Shown: positions 19,745-29,787, counted from the first letter of the stretch. The stretch is 64,000 bases of DNA from an uncultured Gammaproteobacteria bacterium (GCA_964364425.1 CAYIMB010000002.1:17436-81435), one strand, 5' to 3'. The notes: generated by a model from the letters alone, not told the origin. Program-made: numbers and translations.

Positions 19745-20092
19745 ATGAATCAAAACAAGGCTAGAACAATTCGTTTGCAACGTCGGGCACAGCGCACCCG
19801 TTCTCAAATTTTTGGCACAGCTCAGCGACCTCGCTTAAGCGTGTTTCGCTCACTCAAACACGTTTCTGTTCAACTGATTGATGATGCGGCTCAAAAAACA
19901 CTGGCCGGTGCGACGGATGAAAAAATGAAAGGAACCAAGACAGAAAAGGCGCAAGCGGTCGGTAAACAAATTGCTGAGGCGGCCAAGAAATTGAAAATCG
20001 AAACAGTGGTGTTTGACCGCGGACCATACCTGTATCATGGCCGCGTGAAGGCAGTGGCTGAAGCGGCGCGTGAACAAGGATTGAAGTTTTAG
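19745..20092 (+). CDS. rplR: 50S ribosomal protein L18
   Basis: L18 homology. Confidence 0.85.
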   Translation: MNQNKARTIRLQRRAQRTRSQIFGTAQRPRLSVFRSLKHVSVQLIDDAAQKTLAGATDEKMKGTKTEKAQAVGKQIAEAAKKLKIETVVFDRGPYLYHGRVKAVAEAAREQGLKF

Positions 20093-20106
20093 AACTACAT
20101 ACCAAC

Positions 20107-20754
20107 ATGAACCCAGAAGAACAAACAAAACCAGACGTAGCTCCAACAACTGCTCCAGCAGGACTTGCACCTGAAGTACCAGCTGGCCCACGCGGGGGAG
20201 CTCGGTTCGCTGATCGTGGAAATAGAGGCTCACGCGGTGGAGGTGGCGGTGGTCGCGGCGGAAGGGACGGACGCGGTGGTCGCGGTGAAAAAGTAAAAGA
20301 TGAATTTGATTCCAAAATTGTAGATTTATCCCGCGTGACCCGCGTCATGGCCGGGGGTAAACGTATGCGTTTCCGTGCCTTAGTGGTGGTAGGGGACAAG
20401 AAAGGTCGCGTAGGCATGGCCGTGTCTAAAGGTGCTGACGTGACGTTGGCCGTGAATAAATCTACAGTCAAAGCCAAAAAGAATTTGTTACGCGTTCCAA
20501 TTGTGGAAGGTACTATTCCCCACGCGGTTGAAGTGAAGTATGGCGCCGCCCAGGTCTTGCTCAAACCAGCTCCTCAAGGTACCGGAGTTATTGCCGGCGG
20601 ACCAGTTCGTGCAGTCTTGGATTTAGCCGGAATTAAAAACGTGGTGTCTAAGATGAAAGGCTCCAAGAACAAAATAGCCAACGTCAGAGCAGTCATGCAA
20701 GCCTTGTCTCAACTCCGCACCAGAGAAGAATTAGAACGAATCCGCAAATCATAA
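20107..20754 (+). CDS. rpsE: 30S ribosomal protein S5 with Gly/Arg-rich N-terminal extension
   Basis: S5 core. RGG-rich N-terminus. Confidence 0.9.
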   Translation: MNPEEQTKPDVAPTTAPAGLAPEVPAGPRGGARFADRGNRGSRGGGGGGRGGRDGRGGRGEKVKDEFDSKIVDLSRVTRVMAGGKRMRFRALVVVGDKKGRVGMAVSKGADVTLAVNKSTVKAKKNLLRVPIVEGTIPHAVEVKYGAAQVLLKPAPQGTGVIAGGPVRAVLDLAGIKNVVSKMKGSKNKIANVRAVMQALSQLRTREELERIRKS

Positions 20755-20758
20755 GCCT

Positions 20759-21247
20759 ATGAATTTATCTCAACTACAACGCCCCAGAGTTCCTAAACCA
20801 AGAAAGCGCGTTGGTCGTGGTGCCGGATCCGGAAAAGGCACAACTGCTGCCCGCGGAACCAAAGGACAACGTGCCCGGACTGGCGGACGCGGTGGTTTGA
20901 AATTGATGGGTTTGAAAGTGACCGTGATGAAGTTACCTAAATTGGGCGGGTTCAAATCAAGGCATCCAAAAATGCAACCGGTGAATGTTGGCTTGGTAAA
21001 CAATGCGTTCAATGAAAATGATGAAGTGACCGCACGCGCTTTACACAAACGTGGTATGATTGCTGACGCTGGAGCTAAGGTCAAATTGTTAGGTGAAGGT
21101 AAATTGACCAAAAAATTACGATTTACCGTTCACGCCGCTTCCGCCTCAGCTCAAAAAGCGGTAGCTGCAGCTGGCGGAACCATCAGCTTGATTCCAAGGA
21201 GAAAAACCGGGAACCCGACTGAAGATAGAGCTCCAAAAGAGAAATAA
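20759..21247 (+). CDS. rplO: 50S ribosomal protein L15 (no L30 gene precedes it)
   Basis: L15 homology. Confidence 0.9.
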   Translation: MNLSQLQRPRVPKPRKRVGRGAGSGKGTTAARGTKGQRARTGGRGGLKLMGLKVTVMKLPKLGGFKSRHPKMQPVNVGLVNNAFNENDEVTARALHKRGMIADAGAKVKLLGEGKLTKKLRFTVHAASASAQKAVAAAGGTISLIPRRKTGNPTEDRAPKEK

Positions 21248-21258
21248 ATACACTCCAC

Positions 21259-22551
21259 ATGGAGGTTTGGAAATACATTAAGAAGATTTGGAACACGCCT
21301 GAGATCAGACGGAGTATTTTCTTTATTTTGGCTATGATGATTGTGGTGCGCGTGGCCGCTCACATTCCCATCCCCGGCATTGACGCTCAGGGATTATCCC
21401 AATTTTTTGAAAGTAACCAGTTTTTGGGATTGTTGAACGTATTTAGCGGGGGAGCGCTCTCCAACTTCTCCATTGTCATGTTGGGTCTGGGTCCCTACAT
21501 TACAGCCAGTATTATTTTTCAGTTGTTGGGCATGATTGTGCCTAAACTTGAAGAAATTCAAAAAGAAGGTGAGTCAGGACAAAAGCGTATTAACCAGTGG
21601 ACCCGCATGCTGACGGTACCTTTAGCCTTGCTTCAGGGGTTTGCCACCATTTCACTCTTACAACAATCTACCCAAGGCTTCAGCTTAGTACCTCAGCTGG
21701 ACATTTGGCACTGGGTAGTGGCGTTAGCCAGCGTGACAGCCGGCAGCATGTTCATGATGTGGCTGGGTGAGCTGATTACAGAGCGTAACTTGGGTAATGG
21801 CGTCAGCTTGTTGATTTTTGCCGGTATCATTGCAGAGTTGCCCACCAGTATCCAACAGTTCGTGGCCACGTATGATTCCAGCCAACTCCCTGTGATCATT
21901 GGCATTTTTGCGGTATCTATTGTGACCATTGCCGGTGTGGTATTTGTGACTGAAGCACAGAGAAAGATTCCGGTGTCCTATGCCAGACAAATGAGAGCCG
22001 GCGCGGCAACTGGCGGAGTAAAGTCGCACTTGCCGCTCAGGGTCAACCAGGCCGGCGTGATTCCTATCATCTTTGCTATTTCATTTGTGATTTTTCCGCC
22101 GCTGATAGCCCAATTTTTACAAGGCTACAACATTGCTTGGCTGAATCCAAGCTTGAATTTTATTATTGTTTGGTTCAACAACAACTGGGTCTACGGAGTT
22201 ATCTATTTTGTGTTAGTGGTTATTTTTACTTACTTTTATACGGCCGTGATTTTTAAACCAGATCAAGTAGCGGAAAACTTGCAAAAGAACGGTGCTTTTG
22301 TTCCAGGAATCCGTCCAGGTAAGCCAACCTCAGAATACCTACAGTTTGTATCCAGCCGTATTTTGTTAGCCGGCGCTTTGTTTTTGGGGGCTATTGCTGT
22401 GCTCCCCTTGGCCGTGCAAGGTGCTCTGGGTGGGAGCTTCCAATCCCTAGCCATTGGCGGAACCAGTTTGCTGATTGTGGTGTCTGTGGCTTTGGAAACT
22501 GTCAAACAAATTGAAGCGCAATTATCTGTGCGCGACTACGATAATTTGTAA
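21259..22551 (+). CDS. secY: Preprotein translocase SecY
   Basis: 10-TM SecY homology. Confidence 0.95.
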   Translation: MEVWKYIKKIWNTPEIRRSIFFILAMMIVVRVAAHIPIPGIDAQGLSQFFESNQFLGLLNVFSGGALSNFSIVMLGLGPYITASIIFQLLGMIVPKLEEIQKEGESGQKRINQWTRMLTVPLALLQGFATISLLQQSTQGFSLVPQLDIWHWVVALASVTAGSMFMMWLGELITERNLGNGVSLLIFAGIIAELPTSIQQFVATYDSSQLPVIIGIFAVSIVTIAGVVFVTEAQRKIPVSYARQMRAGAATGGVKSHLPLRVNQAGVIPIIFAISFVIFPPLIAQFLQGYNIAWLNPSLNFIIVWFNNNWVYGVIYFVLVVIFTYFYTAVIFKPDQVAENLQKNGAFVPGIRPGKPTSEYLQFVSSRILLAGALFLGAIAVLPLAVQGALGGSFQSLAIGGTSLLIVVSVALETVKQIEAQLSVRDYDNL

Positions 22552-22554
22552 TCC

Positions 22555-23205
22555 ATGTACAAGATTGCGTTGTTTGGTCCACAGGGCTCAGGCAAGGGAA
22601 CACAAGCTGAATTGCTGGCAGAAAAATATGGCCTGTTCCACTTTAGTCCGGGGGCACAGTACCGGACAGAAATCAAGGCCGGTAGTGCAATAGGGGAAAT
22701 TGCTGATCAGTATATAAACCGGGGCAACCTTGTTCCAGATGAAATCACCAACCAGTTGGTGGCGGATGTATTAAAACGTCCAGAAGCCCAAACAGGTTTC
22801 ATCTTGGATGGGTTCCCAAGAAACCTAGTGCAAGCAGACGCCTTGGATCAGATGAGTGAGCTCAGTCATGTGTTGTTAATTCATATACCTGAGGCAGAAT
22901 CTATTGAACGTATTTCAAACCGCCGCTCATGCCCGGTGGATGGTTCAACCTACCATTTAACATATAAACCTCCGGCCCAAGCCGCTCAGTGTGATCAATG
23001 CGGGACAGCCTTGGTGCAGCGCGAGGATGACTACCCAGAGTCAATCAAAAAACGGCTGTCCATTTACCGCGAGCAAACGTATCCGGTGTTAGAGCGCTAC
23101 AAACAACGTGGAATTTTTTTCCAGGTAGATGGACTACCCTCTATTCCTGAGGTCTTTGCCCAAGTCCAACAGATATTGACAGGAGAAAAGCACCAGGTAG
23201 CATAG
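22555..23205 (+). CDS. adk: Adenylate kinase (with zinc-lid Cys motif)
   Basis: GPQGSGKGTQ P-loop. Lid C..D....C....C. Confidence 0.9.
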   Translation: MYKIALFGPQGSGKGTQAELLAEKYGLFHFSPGAQYRTEIKAGSAIGEIADQYINRGNLVPDEITNQLVADVLKRPEAQTGFILDGFPRNLVQADALDQMSELSHVLLIHIPEAESIERISNRRSCPVDGSTYHLTYKPPAQAAQCDQCGTALVQREDDYPESIKKRLSIYREQTYPVLERYKQRGIFFQVDGLPSIPEVFAQVQQILTGEKHQVA

Positions 23206-23244
23206 GACTTCCCAGAATCTAACCCCTTTGGTATTGTAAAATCC

Positions 23245-23991
23245 ATGTCACTGGTGACCAAACCGAAAGATCTTGAAGCGCTCAAAAAGAGTGGACGAAT
23301 CTTGGCGCAAACCTTGCAAGCAGTAGCTCCATTAGTGGTTCCTGGTGTGACAACCTTGGAGTTAGATAAGGCTGTTGCCAAAATGATTAAGCAGGCCAAA
23401 GCCAAGCCGGCTTTTTTAGGCTATCAAGGTTATCCCAAGGTATTGTGTGCTTCTGTGAATGATGAGGTAGTGCATACCATCCCGTCAGACCGAGTGTTGA
23501 AAGAAGGGGATATCATAGGTTTAGATTTAGGCGTCAGTGTGGACGGAATGATCACTGATGCGGCTATCACGGTGATGGTGGGGAAAGTGAAACCAGAAGT
23601 GCAACGGTTGGTTGAGATGACAAAAATCAGTTTGGACAAGGGGATTGAAATGATTCGTCCGGACAACAGGATTGGTGATATCTCTCATGCCATTGAACAA
23701 ACCCTGGCGCCGTTTGGATACGGGATAGTCCATGCTTTAGTGGGACACGGCGTAGGGTACGCTTTACATGAAGACCCACGTATTCCAAATTATGGGCGGG
23801 CCGGAACCGGACTAAGCTTGAAACCCGGAATGGTGTTGGCGGTTGAACCCATGATTAACTTGGGTGAACCAGATGTTTTATTTGGAGATGACGGTTGGCG
23901 CGTGACCACGGCGGACGGTTCCTGGTCGGCTCATTTTGAACATACTATTTTAGTTACACAGAACGGACATGAAGTCCTTACCCGCATCTAA
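23245..23991 (+). CDS. map: Methionine aminopeptidase type I
   Basis: MAP homology. Confidence 0.9.
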   Translation: MSLVTKPKDLEALKKSGRILAQTLQAVAPLVVPGVTTLELDKAVAKMIKQAKAKPAFLGYQGYPKVLCASVNDEVVHTIPSDRVLKEGDIIGLDLGVSVDGMITDAAITVMVGKVKPEVQRLVEMTKISLDKGIEMIRPDNRIGDISHAIEQTLAPFGYGIVHALVGHGVGYALHEDPRIPNYGRAGTGLSLKPGMVLAVEPMINLGEPDVLFGDDGWRVTTADGSWSAHFEHTILVTQNGHEVLTRI

Positions 23992-23993
23992 CT

Positions 23994-24404
23994 ATGAAAA
24001 TATTAGCCATTGATTACGGTGAACAACGCTTAGGGTTAGCTGTCAGTGATGATAACCACACCATGGCCATGTCTAAAGGACTGCTGGAGGGCTTAAGTCA
24101 AACTAAGATCATTCAGAAAATTAAAGCCATAGTGAATTTGGAAAAAGTAGGCTTGCTTGTGGTGGGATTGCCCATTGGTATGGATAACCAGCCCACAGCT
24201 TGGACAGAAGAGGTCAAACGGTTTGCTGAAAAACTCCGTAGTCATCTAACTATTCCGGTCCAAATGGTGGATGAACGTCTGACTACCCAAATGGCCAAGA
24301 CGCTGCTGGCTGGTACGGGACAGACGAAACAAAAGAAAGACCAAGTGGCCGCACAGATTTTTTTGCAAGATTACTTGGATCAACAACGCAACGCTAAGAC
24401 ATAA
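23994..24404 (+). CDS. ruvX: Holliday junction resolvase-like RuvX/YqgF
   Basis: MKILAIDYGEQRLGLAVSD N-terminus. Confidence 0.8.
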   Translation: MKILAIDYGEQRLGLAVSDDNHTMAMSKGLLEGLSQTKIIQKIKAIVNLEKVGLLVVGLPIGMDNQPTAWTEEVKRFAEKLRSHLTIPVQMVDERLTTQMAKTLLAGTGQTKQKKDQVAAQIFLQDYLDQQRNAKT

Positions 24405-24406
24405 TT

Positions 24407-25507
24407 ATGAGCACGGCCTTTGTCTGGTTCCCACAACTGGCCGTTCTGACTCTGATCAGCTCAGCTGTATTGAGTTGGGCTTTGGCCGGACTGATTCGCC
24501 GTCTGGCCTTACGTCAGGGCTTTGTTGACCATCCAGAAGCAGCTCCTCAGCGCAAAGTTCACACCGCGCCGGTGCCGCTACTTGGCGGGTTAGCGCTGTT
24601 TGGCGGGTTTGCCCTGACCAGTGTATTTTTGTGGAATGTGTTAACCGCTGGGTACTTATTGCCCAAGCATTTACTCGGATTATTGTTGGCTGGAGCAGTC
24701 TTGATGATTGGCGGAGCTTGGGATGATATCAAAAACTTAAAACCGTCTCGGCAAATTTTGTTCCCTCTGCTCGCTTGTGTAATTGTAGTCGCTTCGGGGG
24801 TCGATATTCACGAGATCACCAACCCATTTGGGGATACTCTTTCACTGGAGACCATTTCCTGGATCATCTTTACTTGGCAGGACATCCCCTACCGTTTGGT
24901 CCTGTGGGCTGACCTGTTTGGTATCCTGTGGCTGCTTGCCACCACTTATGCCACCAAGTTTTTAGATGGCTTAGACGGCTTAGTTGCCGGCGTCACCGCC
25001 ATTGGAGCCAGTGCCATAGCTGTGTTGTCTTACCGGGCACCGGTTCTTCAACCGGAGACTGCTTTAGTCGCACTGTGTTTAGCTGGGGCAGCTGTAGGAT
25101 TTTTAATCTGGAACCGTCATCCGGCCAAAATATTTTTAGGCGAAAGTGGCAGTTTATTTTGCGGTTTTGCTCTGGGAGTTCTGGCCATTATCTCTGGAGG
25201 GAAAATAGCCATTGCTTTACTGGTGTTGGGTGTCCCACTGCTTGACGCGGCCTGGGTGATTTTTAAACGTCTCCGGTCCGGACACTCCCCGTTTGTAGGG
25301 GATAGTGAACACCTGCATCAACGTTTATTTAAACTGGGACTGACCCAACGCCAAGTGGCTTGGATACTCTACCTAGTTACTGCTGGTTTTGGATATGTGG
25401 GGTTATTTTTACAGGGCAAAGAAAAAGTTTGGGCTTTGGCAGTGCTTCTGCTTGTCCTCTTGCTGTTAGGTTGGATTGCTTTCAGATGGCAGCAAAAAAA
25501 AGTATGA
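24407..25507 (+). CDS. Glycosyltransferase family 4 polyprenyl-phosphate sugar-1-phosphate transferase (MraY/WecA-like)
   Basis: Multi-TM protein. GAWDD..NL motif. 366 aa. Confidence 0.6.
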   Translation: MSTAFVWFPQLAVLTLISSAVLSWALAGLIRRLALRQGFVDHPEAAPQRKVHTAPVPLLGGLALFGGFALTSVFLWNVLTAGYLLPKHLLGLLLAGAVLMIGGAWDDIKNLKPSRQILFPLLACVIVVASGVDIHEITNPFGDTLSLETISWIIFTWQDIPYRLVLWADLFGILWLLATTYATKFLDGLDGLVAGVTAIGASAIAVLSYRAPVLQPETALVALCLAGAAVGFLIWNRHPAKIFLGESGSLFCGFALGVLAIISGGKIAIALLVLGVPLLDAAWVIFKRLRSGHSPFVGDSEHLHQRLFKLGLTQRQVAWILYLVTAGFGYVGLFLQGKEKVWALAVLLLVLLLLGWIAFRWQQKKV

Positions 25508-25992
25508 AATGGCTGAAGCAGATTTCAGCCTGGCAGGTCGTTTTGGCGGCCAGCATGACGCTGGCGGTTGCCGCCACTATTTTTTTTTCAGCGCTGTGGG
25601 GGCCAGTAGATTTTGAGACGGGAACCATCACGTTTCCGGACGGATCAGTGGTGCCGGTTGAGGTGGCGGATAGTCCGGCTGAACAACGTCAGGGGTTGAT
25701 GAACCGTGAGCACATGGACCCGGAGAGCGGAATGTTGTTTGTGTTTTCAACCCCGGGCATATATGTATTTTGGATGAAGAATACGCAAGTAGATTTAGAT
25801 TTTATTTGGCTGTCTCAGGGCCGGGTGGTGGATCTCAGAATTCAAGTTCCGGCTGGCGCGGGGCTGCCCAGTGACCAGATTGCCCGCATTCAACCGTCAG
25901 TCACTGTGGATGCCGTGTTAGAAGTGCCCGCAGGCTTTGTAGACAGGCACCAGATTCAAATGGGCGACCAACTGGTCTACCATCTGCCCTAA
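25504..25992 (+). CDS. DUF192-family protein (secreted)
   Basis: ATG 25504 overlaps the previous stop. VFWMKNT..DLDFIW motif. Confidence 0.55.
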   Translation: MKWLKQISAWQVVLAASMTLAVAATIFFSALWGPVDFETGTITFPDGSVVPVEVADSPAEQRQGLMNREHMDPESGMLFVFSTPGIYVFWMKNTQVDLDFIWLSQGRVVDLRIQVPAGAGLPSDQIARIQPSVTVDAVLEVPAGFVDRHQIQMGDQLVYHLP

Positions 25993-26010
25993 ATGTGCTA
26001 TTCTGCAAGC

Positions 26011-26441
26011 ATGAAACGACTGGCGAGTGCCTTTTCCCTTGGCTCGTTTGTCCTGGCGGGTTGTACCCCCAGCAGTTTTGTCTCGGTTCAAAGTCCAGAA
26101 GCGGAATGGGTGTTGCAAACTCCTGACCTTTCCGCTACATTCTGGGAAGACCAGGGGAGCTGACGTTAAACGGGGGAGGTGCTGCGCCGTTGCAAATCGT
26201 TTTAGACACGCCAAACGGAGATTTGAATCTCATGCAGTCAGGGGGAGGCAACAGCTACGTGTCTACTATTCCGAACCAATTTTTAGGAATCCAATTTGAT
26301 CCAGTGGCCCAAGCAACCGTAGTGTTTTCTGGCACGGCCCAAACTTGGGGCCTGTTTCAAACTTCCATGTTTGGCCATCTGATGATGCAGGGGAGTAACG
26401 GTTGCGGTCTGTCTGTCCCGTTTACCTTAACTCATGTGTAG
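26011..26441 (+). pseudogene. Lipoprotein gene interrupted by an apparent -1 frameshift at a G-run (~26154-26162)
   Basis: Frame 1 (MKRLASAFSLGSFVLAGC..WEDQGS*) stops at 26161-63. Frame 0 continues ..GELTLNGGG.. through 26441. Confidence 0.4.
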
Positions 26442-26488
26442 CCCAAAAGCTTGACGAAAACAGCCTATTCTTTTAAGCTTCGGCCACT

Positions 26489-26797
26489 ATGATTGCTATT
26501 ATAAAAACCGGCGGGAAGCAGTATCTCGTCAAACCAAACCAGACCATCCAGATTGAAAAGATCCCGGGTAAAGAAGGGGAGGCTGTTGAATTTGAAGCGT
26601 TGTTGGTGGCAGAAGATGACGGGAAATCTGTAGAGATTGGCGCCCCCAGCGTGAAGGGAAAGAAGGTCAAAGGCAAAATCACTTCTCAGGGATTAGCTAA
26701 AAAAGTAGACGTGATCAAGTTCAAATCTAAAATTCGATATTCACGTAAATACGGACACCGTCAACCATTTACCAATGTTCTGATTGAATCCATTTAA
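26489..26797 (+). CDS. rplU: 50S ribosomal protein L21
   Basis: L21 homology. Confidence 0.9.
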   Translation: MIAIIKTGGKQYLVKPNQTIQIEKIPGKEGEAVEFEALLVAEDDGKSVEIGAPSVKGKKVKGKITSQGLAKKVDVIKFKSKIRYSRKYGHRQPFTNVLIESI

Positions 26798-26851
26798 GGT
26801 TCGGGGTGGTGGTCGACCACCATCCCTCACCTTCATTGTTTAACAAATCAA

Positions 26852-26878
26852 AACACCGGCCAAGCGCCGGTGTTTTTG
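26852..26878. terminator. Bidirectional rho-independent terminator (AACACCGGC-CAAGC-GCCGGTGTT + T-run) between rplU and recR
   Basis: 9-bp perfect stem. T-run on plus, A-run on the other side. Confidence 0.7.
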
Positions 26879-26893
26879 TGTCTCGGGAATAAA

Positions 26894-27496
26894 TTATTTT
26901 ATGTTGGTCCGGCCTTTGAGGGCGTTACTTAAGGTGACACTGTCCGCATACTCCACATCTCCACCCATGGGTAGTCCGCGGGCTATGCGAGTGATATGTA
27001 TTGGTACGCTACTCAAGGCTTGGGTGATAATCATGGCGGTGGTTTCACCCTCAACATCAGGATTAGTAGCCAAGATGACTTCTTTGACCACTCCGTCACT
27101 TGCTCTACGCACTAATTCTTCAATCCTTAATTCACTTGGTCCCACACCTTCAATCTGGTTCACTACGCCACCTAAGACGTGGTACAAGCCACTGTATTCA
27201 CCAGTTTGTTCTATAGCCCAAACCTCCGGCGCTTCAGCTGCCACACAAACCAAAGCCTGATCACGTCTAGGGTCAGAACAAATTCCGCACACGGCCGACT
27301 CACTAAAGTTATAACAACGGGAACACACCTGTACGGTATCCCTCAGTTGGCTGAAGCCTTGCATAAATTCAGTCATGATCTCTTTGGGTTGTTTGAGTAG
27401 CCAAAACACAAATCGTTCGCTGGTTTTGGTTCCAATTCCAGGTAAGCGATTAAATTGTTCCACCATCTGCTGTAAGCTGGCTGGGAATTTGGCCAT
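26894..27496 (-). CDS. recR: Recombination protein RecR
   Basis: C4 zinc finger plus Toprim homology. Confidence 0.9.
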   Translation of the reverse strand: MAKFPASLQQMVEQFNRLPGIGTKTSERFVFWLLKQPKEIMTEFMQGFSQLRDTVQVCSRCYNFSESAVCGICSDPRRDQALVCVAAEAPEVWAIEQTGEYSGLYHVLGGVVNQIEGVGPSELRIEELVRRASDGVVKEVILATNPDVEGETTAMIITQALSSVPIHITRIARGLPMGGDVEYADSVTLSNALKGRTNIK

Positions 27497-27504
27497 ACGC
27501 GAGG

Positions 27505-27810
27505 TTATTTTTTGCCCGGAAAATCCGGAACTTGAATTTCACCCTTTTGGATTTTTTGGGCCACTGATCTCTGCACTTTTTTCACACCTTCGCCCACTGC
27601 TTCTTTGATGGATTCTTCCAACTTTTGCTTGTTCTCCGGTTTCAAAACGTCCGCCTTTATATCCAAGGCCATAACGGCTTGGTTGCCGTCCATAATCATG
27701 GACACGTTCCCGCCCCAGGTTTCCACGTGGAAGGTTTCCGCGGATAGTTGTGTTTGCAGCTTTTTTGCTGAATCCCGCAAATCTTTGTACTGTTTGAGTT
27801 TTTGAAACAT
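27505..27810 (-). CDS. ybaB: Nucleoid-associated protein YbaB/EbfC
   Basis: Homology. Conserved recR neighbourhood. Confidence 0.8.
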   Translation of the reverse strand: MFQKLKQYKDLRDSAKKLQTQLSAETFHVETWGGNVSMIMDGNQAVMALDIKADVLKPENKQKLEESIKEAVGEGVKKVQRSVAQKIQKGEIQVPDFPGKK

Positions 27811-27871
27811 AACATTAATAAAGGATTACCCACTCACCTTACTCAAGTCGGACCGTTTTTGCAAATCCGAC

Positions 27872-29263
27872 TTACCCCTGACCCATCCCTGCGCTGGCAA
27901 AGGCCGGCGGAGGTAGAATACTAGAGTGTTTTTTATCCAAGTTGCGGAAGGAGGCCTTTTCAATATCAAAAAACATTTCCACTTGCCCGGTTGGACCGTT
28001 TCTGTGTTTGGCAATCAGAATATCTGAAATACCTTTACGCTCAGAATCTTTTTTATAGTACTCCTCACGGTAAATGAATAGAACTAAGTCAGAATCTTGC
28101 TCAATGCTGCCACTTTCGCGTAAGTGACTCAAACGCGGAATGGGAGGTTGTTGCATTTCCACCGCGCGGGAGAGCTGAGACAGGGCTAAGACCGGAATGT
28201 TCAACTCACGAGCCAAGCCTTTGAGCGAACGGGAGATCTCAGAAATTTCCTGCACCCGGTTGTCTGAGTTAGAAGAACGTCCTTCCATTAATTGCAAGTA
28301 GTCTAGAATCAAGAGACTCAAGCCGTGCTCCATCTGTAAACGCCGCGCCTTGGTCCTGATTTCCATAATGTTGGCGGACGGAGAGTCATCAATATAAATA
28401 GGTGCTTCAGCCAGTTGCCCCATGGCGTGACCAATACTGGTGAAGTCATGGTCGTTGGTGAGTTTCCCTGTGCGCATTTTCCATAAGTCTACATTGGCTT
28501 CTGCGCAGAGCAGACGGTCAACCAATTGATCTTTAGACATTTCTAAGCTGATAATGCCCACCGGATGTTTACTTTTGACCGCTACGTTACGGGCAATATC
28601 CAGAGCTAAGGACGTTTTACCCATGGAAGGACGTGCAGCCAAAATGATCAAATCTGATTTTTGTAATCCCCCTAGCTTATTATCCAAATCAGTGAAGCCA
28701 GTTGGAATGCCGCGCAGCTTGCCAGACTCCCGGTGCAATTCGTCTATGCGGTCAAAGGCCGCAGTCATAATGTCCTGCACTGGAACAAAGTTTTGTTTTA
28801 AGTAGGTGTGTGACACGGAGTACAGAGCTTTCTCTGCCCGGTCTAAACTGGTGGTTAAATCTTCATCCTCGTTATAGCCCTCGCGCACAATATCTTGTCC
28901 CGCCACAATTAAGCGCCGTAAGGTAGATTTCTTTTTTACAATCTCCGCATAGGACACAATGTTAGACGCCGTAGGGACGGTGTTGGCTAAAGACACCAAA
29001 TATGACCGGCCGCCAATCTGATCCAGCTGTCCTTTTTCTATCAAGCGGTTGGCTAGGGAGAGAATATCGATTGGCTCATGCTGGGCATACAAATCTAATA
29101 CGGACTCAAAAATCAACTGATGCTTGTTGACATAAAAATCATCAGCCTTCACTACATCTGCAATTTTAATCAAAGCATCCTTGTTAATGAGTAAACTGCC
29201 CAAAGTAGCCTGCTCAGCTTCTATGTTATGTGGGGGAATAACGCCTTTCGGGAGGGTGTCCAT
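27872..29263 (-). CDS. dnaB: Replicative DNA helicase DnaB
   Basis: Walker A GKTSLAL and DnaB N-domain. Confidence 0.9.
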   Translation of the reverse strand: MDTLPKGVIPPHNIEAEQATLGSLLINKDALIKIADVVKADDFYVNKHQLIFESVLDLYAQHEPIDILSLANRLIEKGQLDQIGGRSYLVSLANTVPTASNIVSYAEIVKKKSTLRRLIVAGQDIVREGYNEDEDLTTSLDRAEKALYSVSHTYLKQNFVPVQDIMTAAFDRIDELHRESGKLRGIPTGFTDLDNKLGGLQKSDLIILAARPSMGKTSLALDIARNVAVKSKHPVGIISLEMSKDQLVDRLLCAEANVDLWKMRTGKLTNDHDFTSIGHAMGQLAEAPIYIDDSPSANIMEIRTKARRLQMEHGLSLLILDYLQLMEGRSSNSDNRVQEISEISRSLKGLARELNIPVLALSQLSRAVEMQQPPIPRLSHLRESGSIEQDSDLVLFIYREEYYKKDSERKGISDILIAKHRNGPTGQVEMFFDIEKASFRNLDKKHSSILPPPAFASAGMGQG

Positions 29264-29300
29264 AGTCCGAGTATTTTACGCTGCTCCGCTGAAATTTGAT

Positions 29301-29310
29301 ATATCGATTT
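29301..29310. repeat. AAATCGATAT variant of the palindrome on the minus strand, 35 nt upstream of the dnaB ATG
   Basis: Same 10-mer as at the paralog junctions. Confidence 0.6.
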
Positions 29311-29340
29311 GCCCACAGGTTTTCCACCCCGGCAAAGTGA

Positions 29341-29369
29341 TTGACAGTCCCACTTAAAATCGGTATGTT
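29341..29369 (+). promoter_or_regulatory. Putative promoter TTGACA-17-TATGTT for tRNA-Lys
   Basis: Consensus hexamers 26 nt upstream of the tRNA. Confidence 0.5.
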
Positions 29370-29395
29370 ATTTTCGTTTTCCACGCTACCTCAAC

Positions 29396-29468
29396 GGGGC
29401 GGTAGCTCAGTCGGTAGAGCAGCAGCCTTTTAAGCTGATGGTCACAGGTTCGATCCCTGTCCGCCCCA
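29396..29468 (+). tRNA. tRNA-Lys (anticodon TTT)
   Basis: Cloverleaf derived by hand. Anticodon loop CTTTTAA. GTTCGATCC T-loop. No encoded CCA. Confidence 0.8.
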
Positions 29469-29469
29469 C

Positions 29470-29787
29470 ATGCTGAGTCTTTCAAATGGTTTGCTTGGAC
29501 TTCACCTGTTAGGGGCTGCCATCAGCTTTGGTCTGGTGCTTGGTGCCGGAGTTGCCTTAGTGCGCAGAGCAACCCAGCAGTATTTGTTTTGGATCCGCTC
29601 CATTGCCTTGGCCGCTGTATATCAGATAGTCACTGGAGTGGGATTGGCTTTGCTCATGGCGTTCCAAACCTCTGTACTTTCTGTCTGCGTTAGGCTGGCG
29701 GTTTATCTGGTTATAGTCTGCGGCGTTGAAACAGTTTTGGTGTACCGTTTGAAAAAAACGGAAGTCATTATACGACCTCGTACGTAG
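29470..29787 (+). CDS. Small membrane protein (3-4 TM)
   Basis: Hydrophobic ORF. Confidence 0.4.
   Translation: MLSLSNGLLGLHLLGAAISFGLVLGAGVALVRRATQQYLFWIRSIALAAVYQIVTGVGLALLMAFQTSVLSVCVRLAVYLVIVCGVETVLVYRLKKTEVIIRPRT

Noticed and set aside
25360-25503. Long N-terminal extension of the DUF192 gene (start 25360), fully overlapping the transferase gene
   Set aside because: The extension is the transferase C-terminus read in another frame. ATG 25504 gives a signal-peptide start and the usual 4-nt stop/start overlap.
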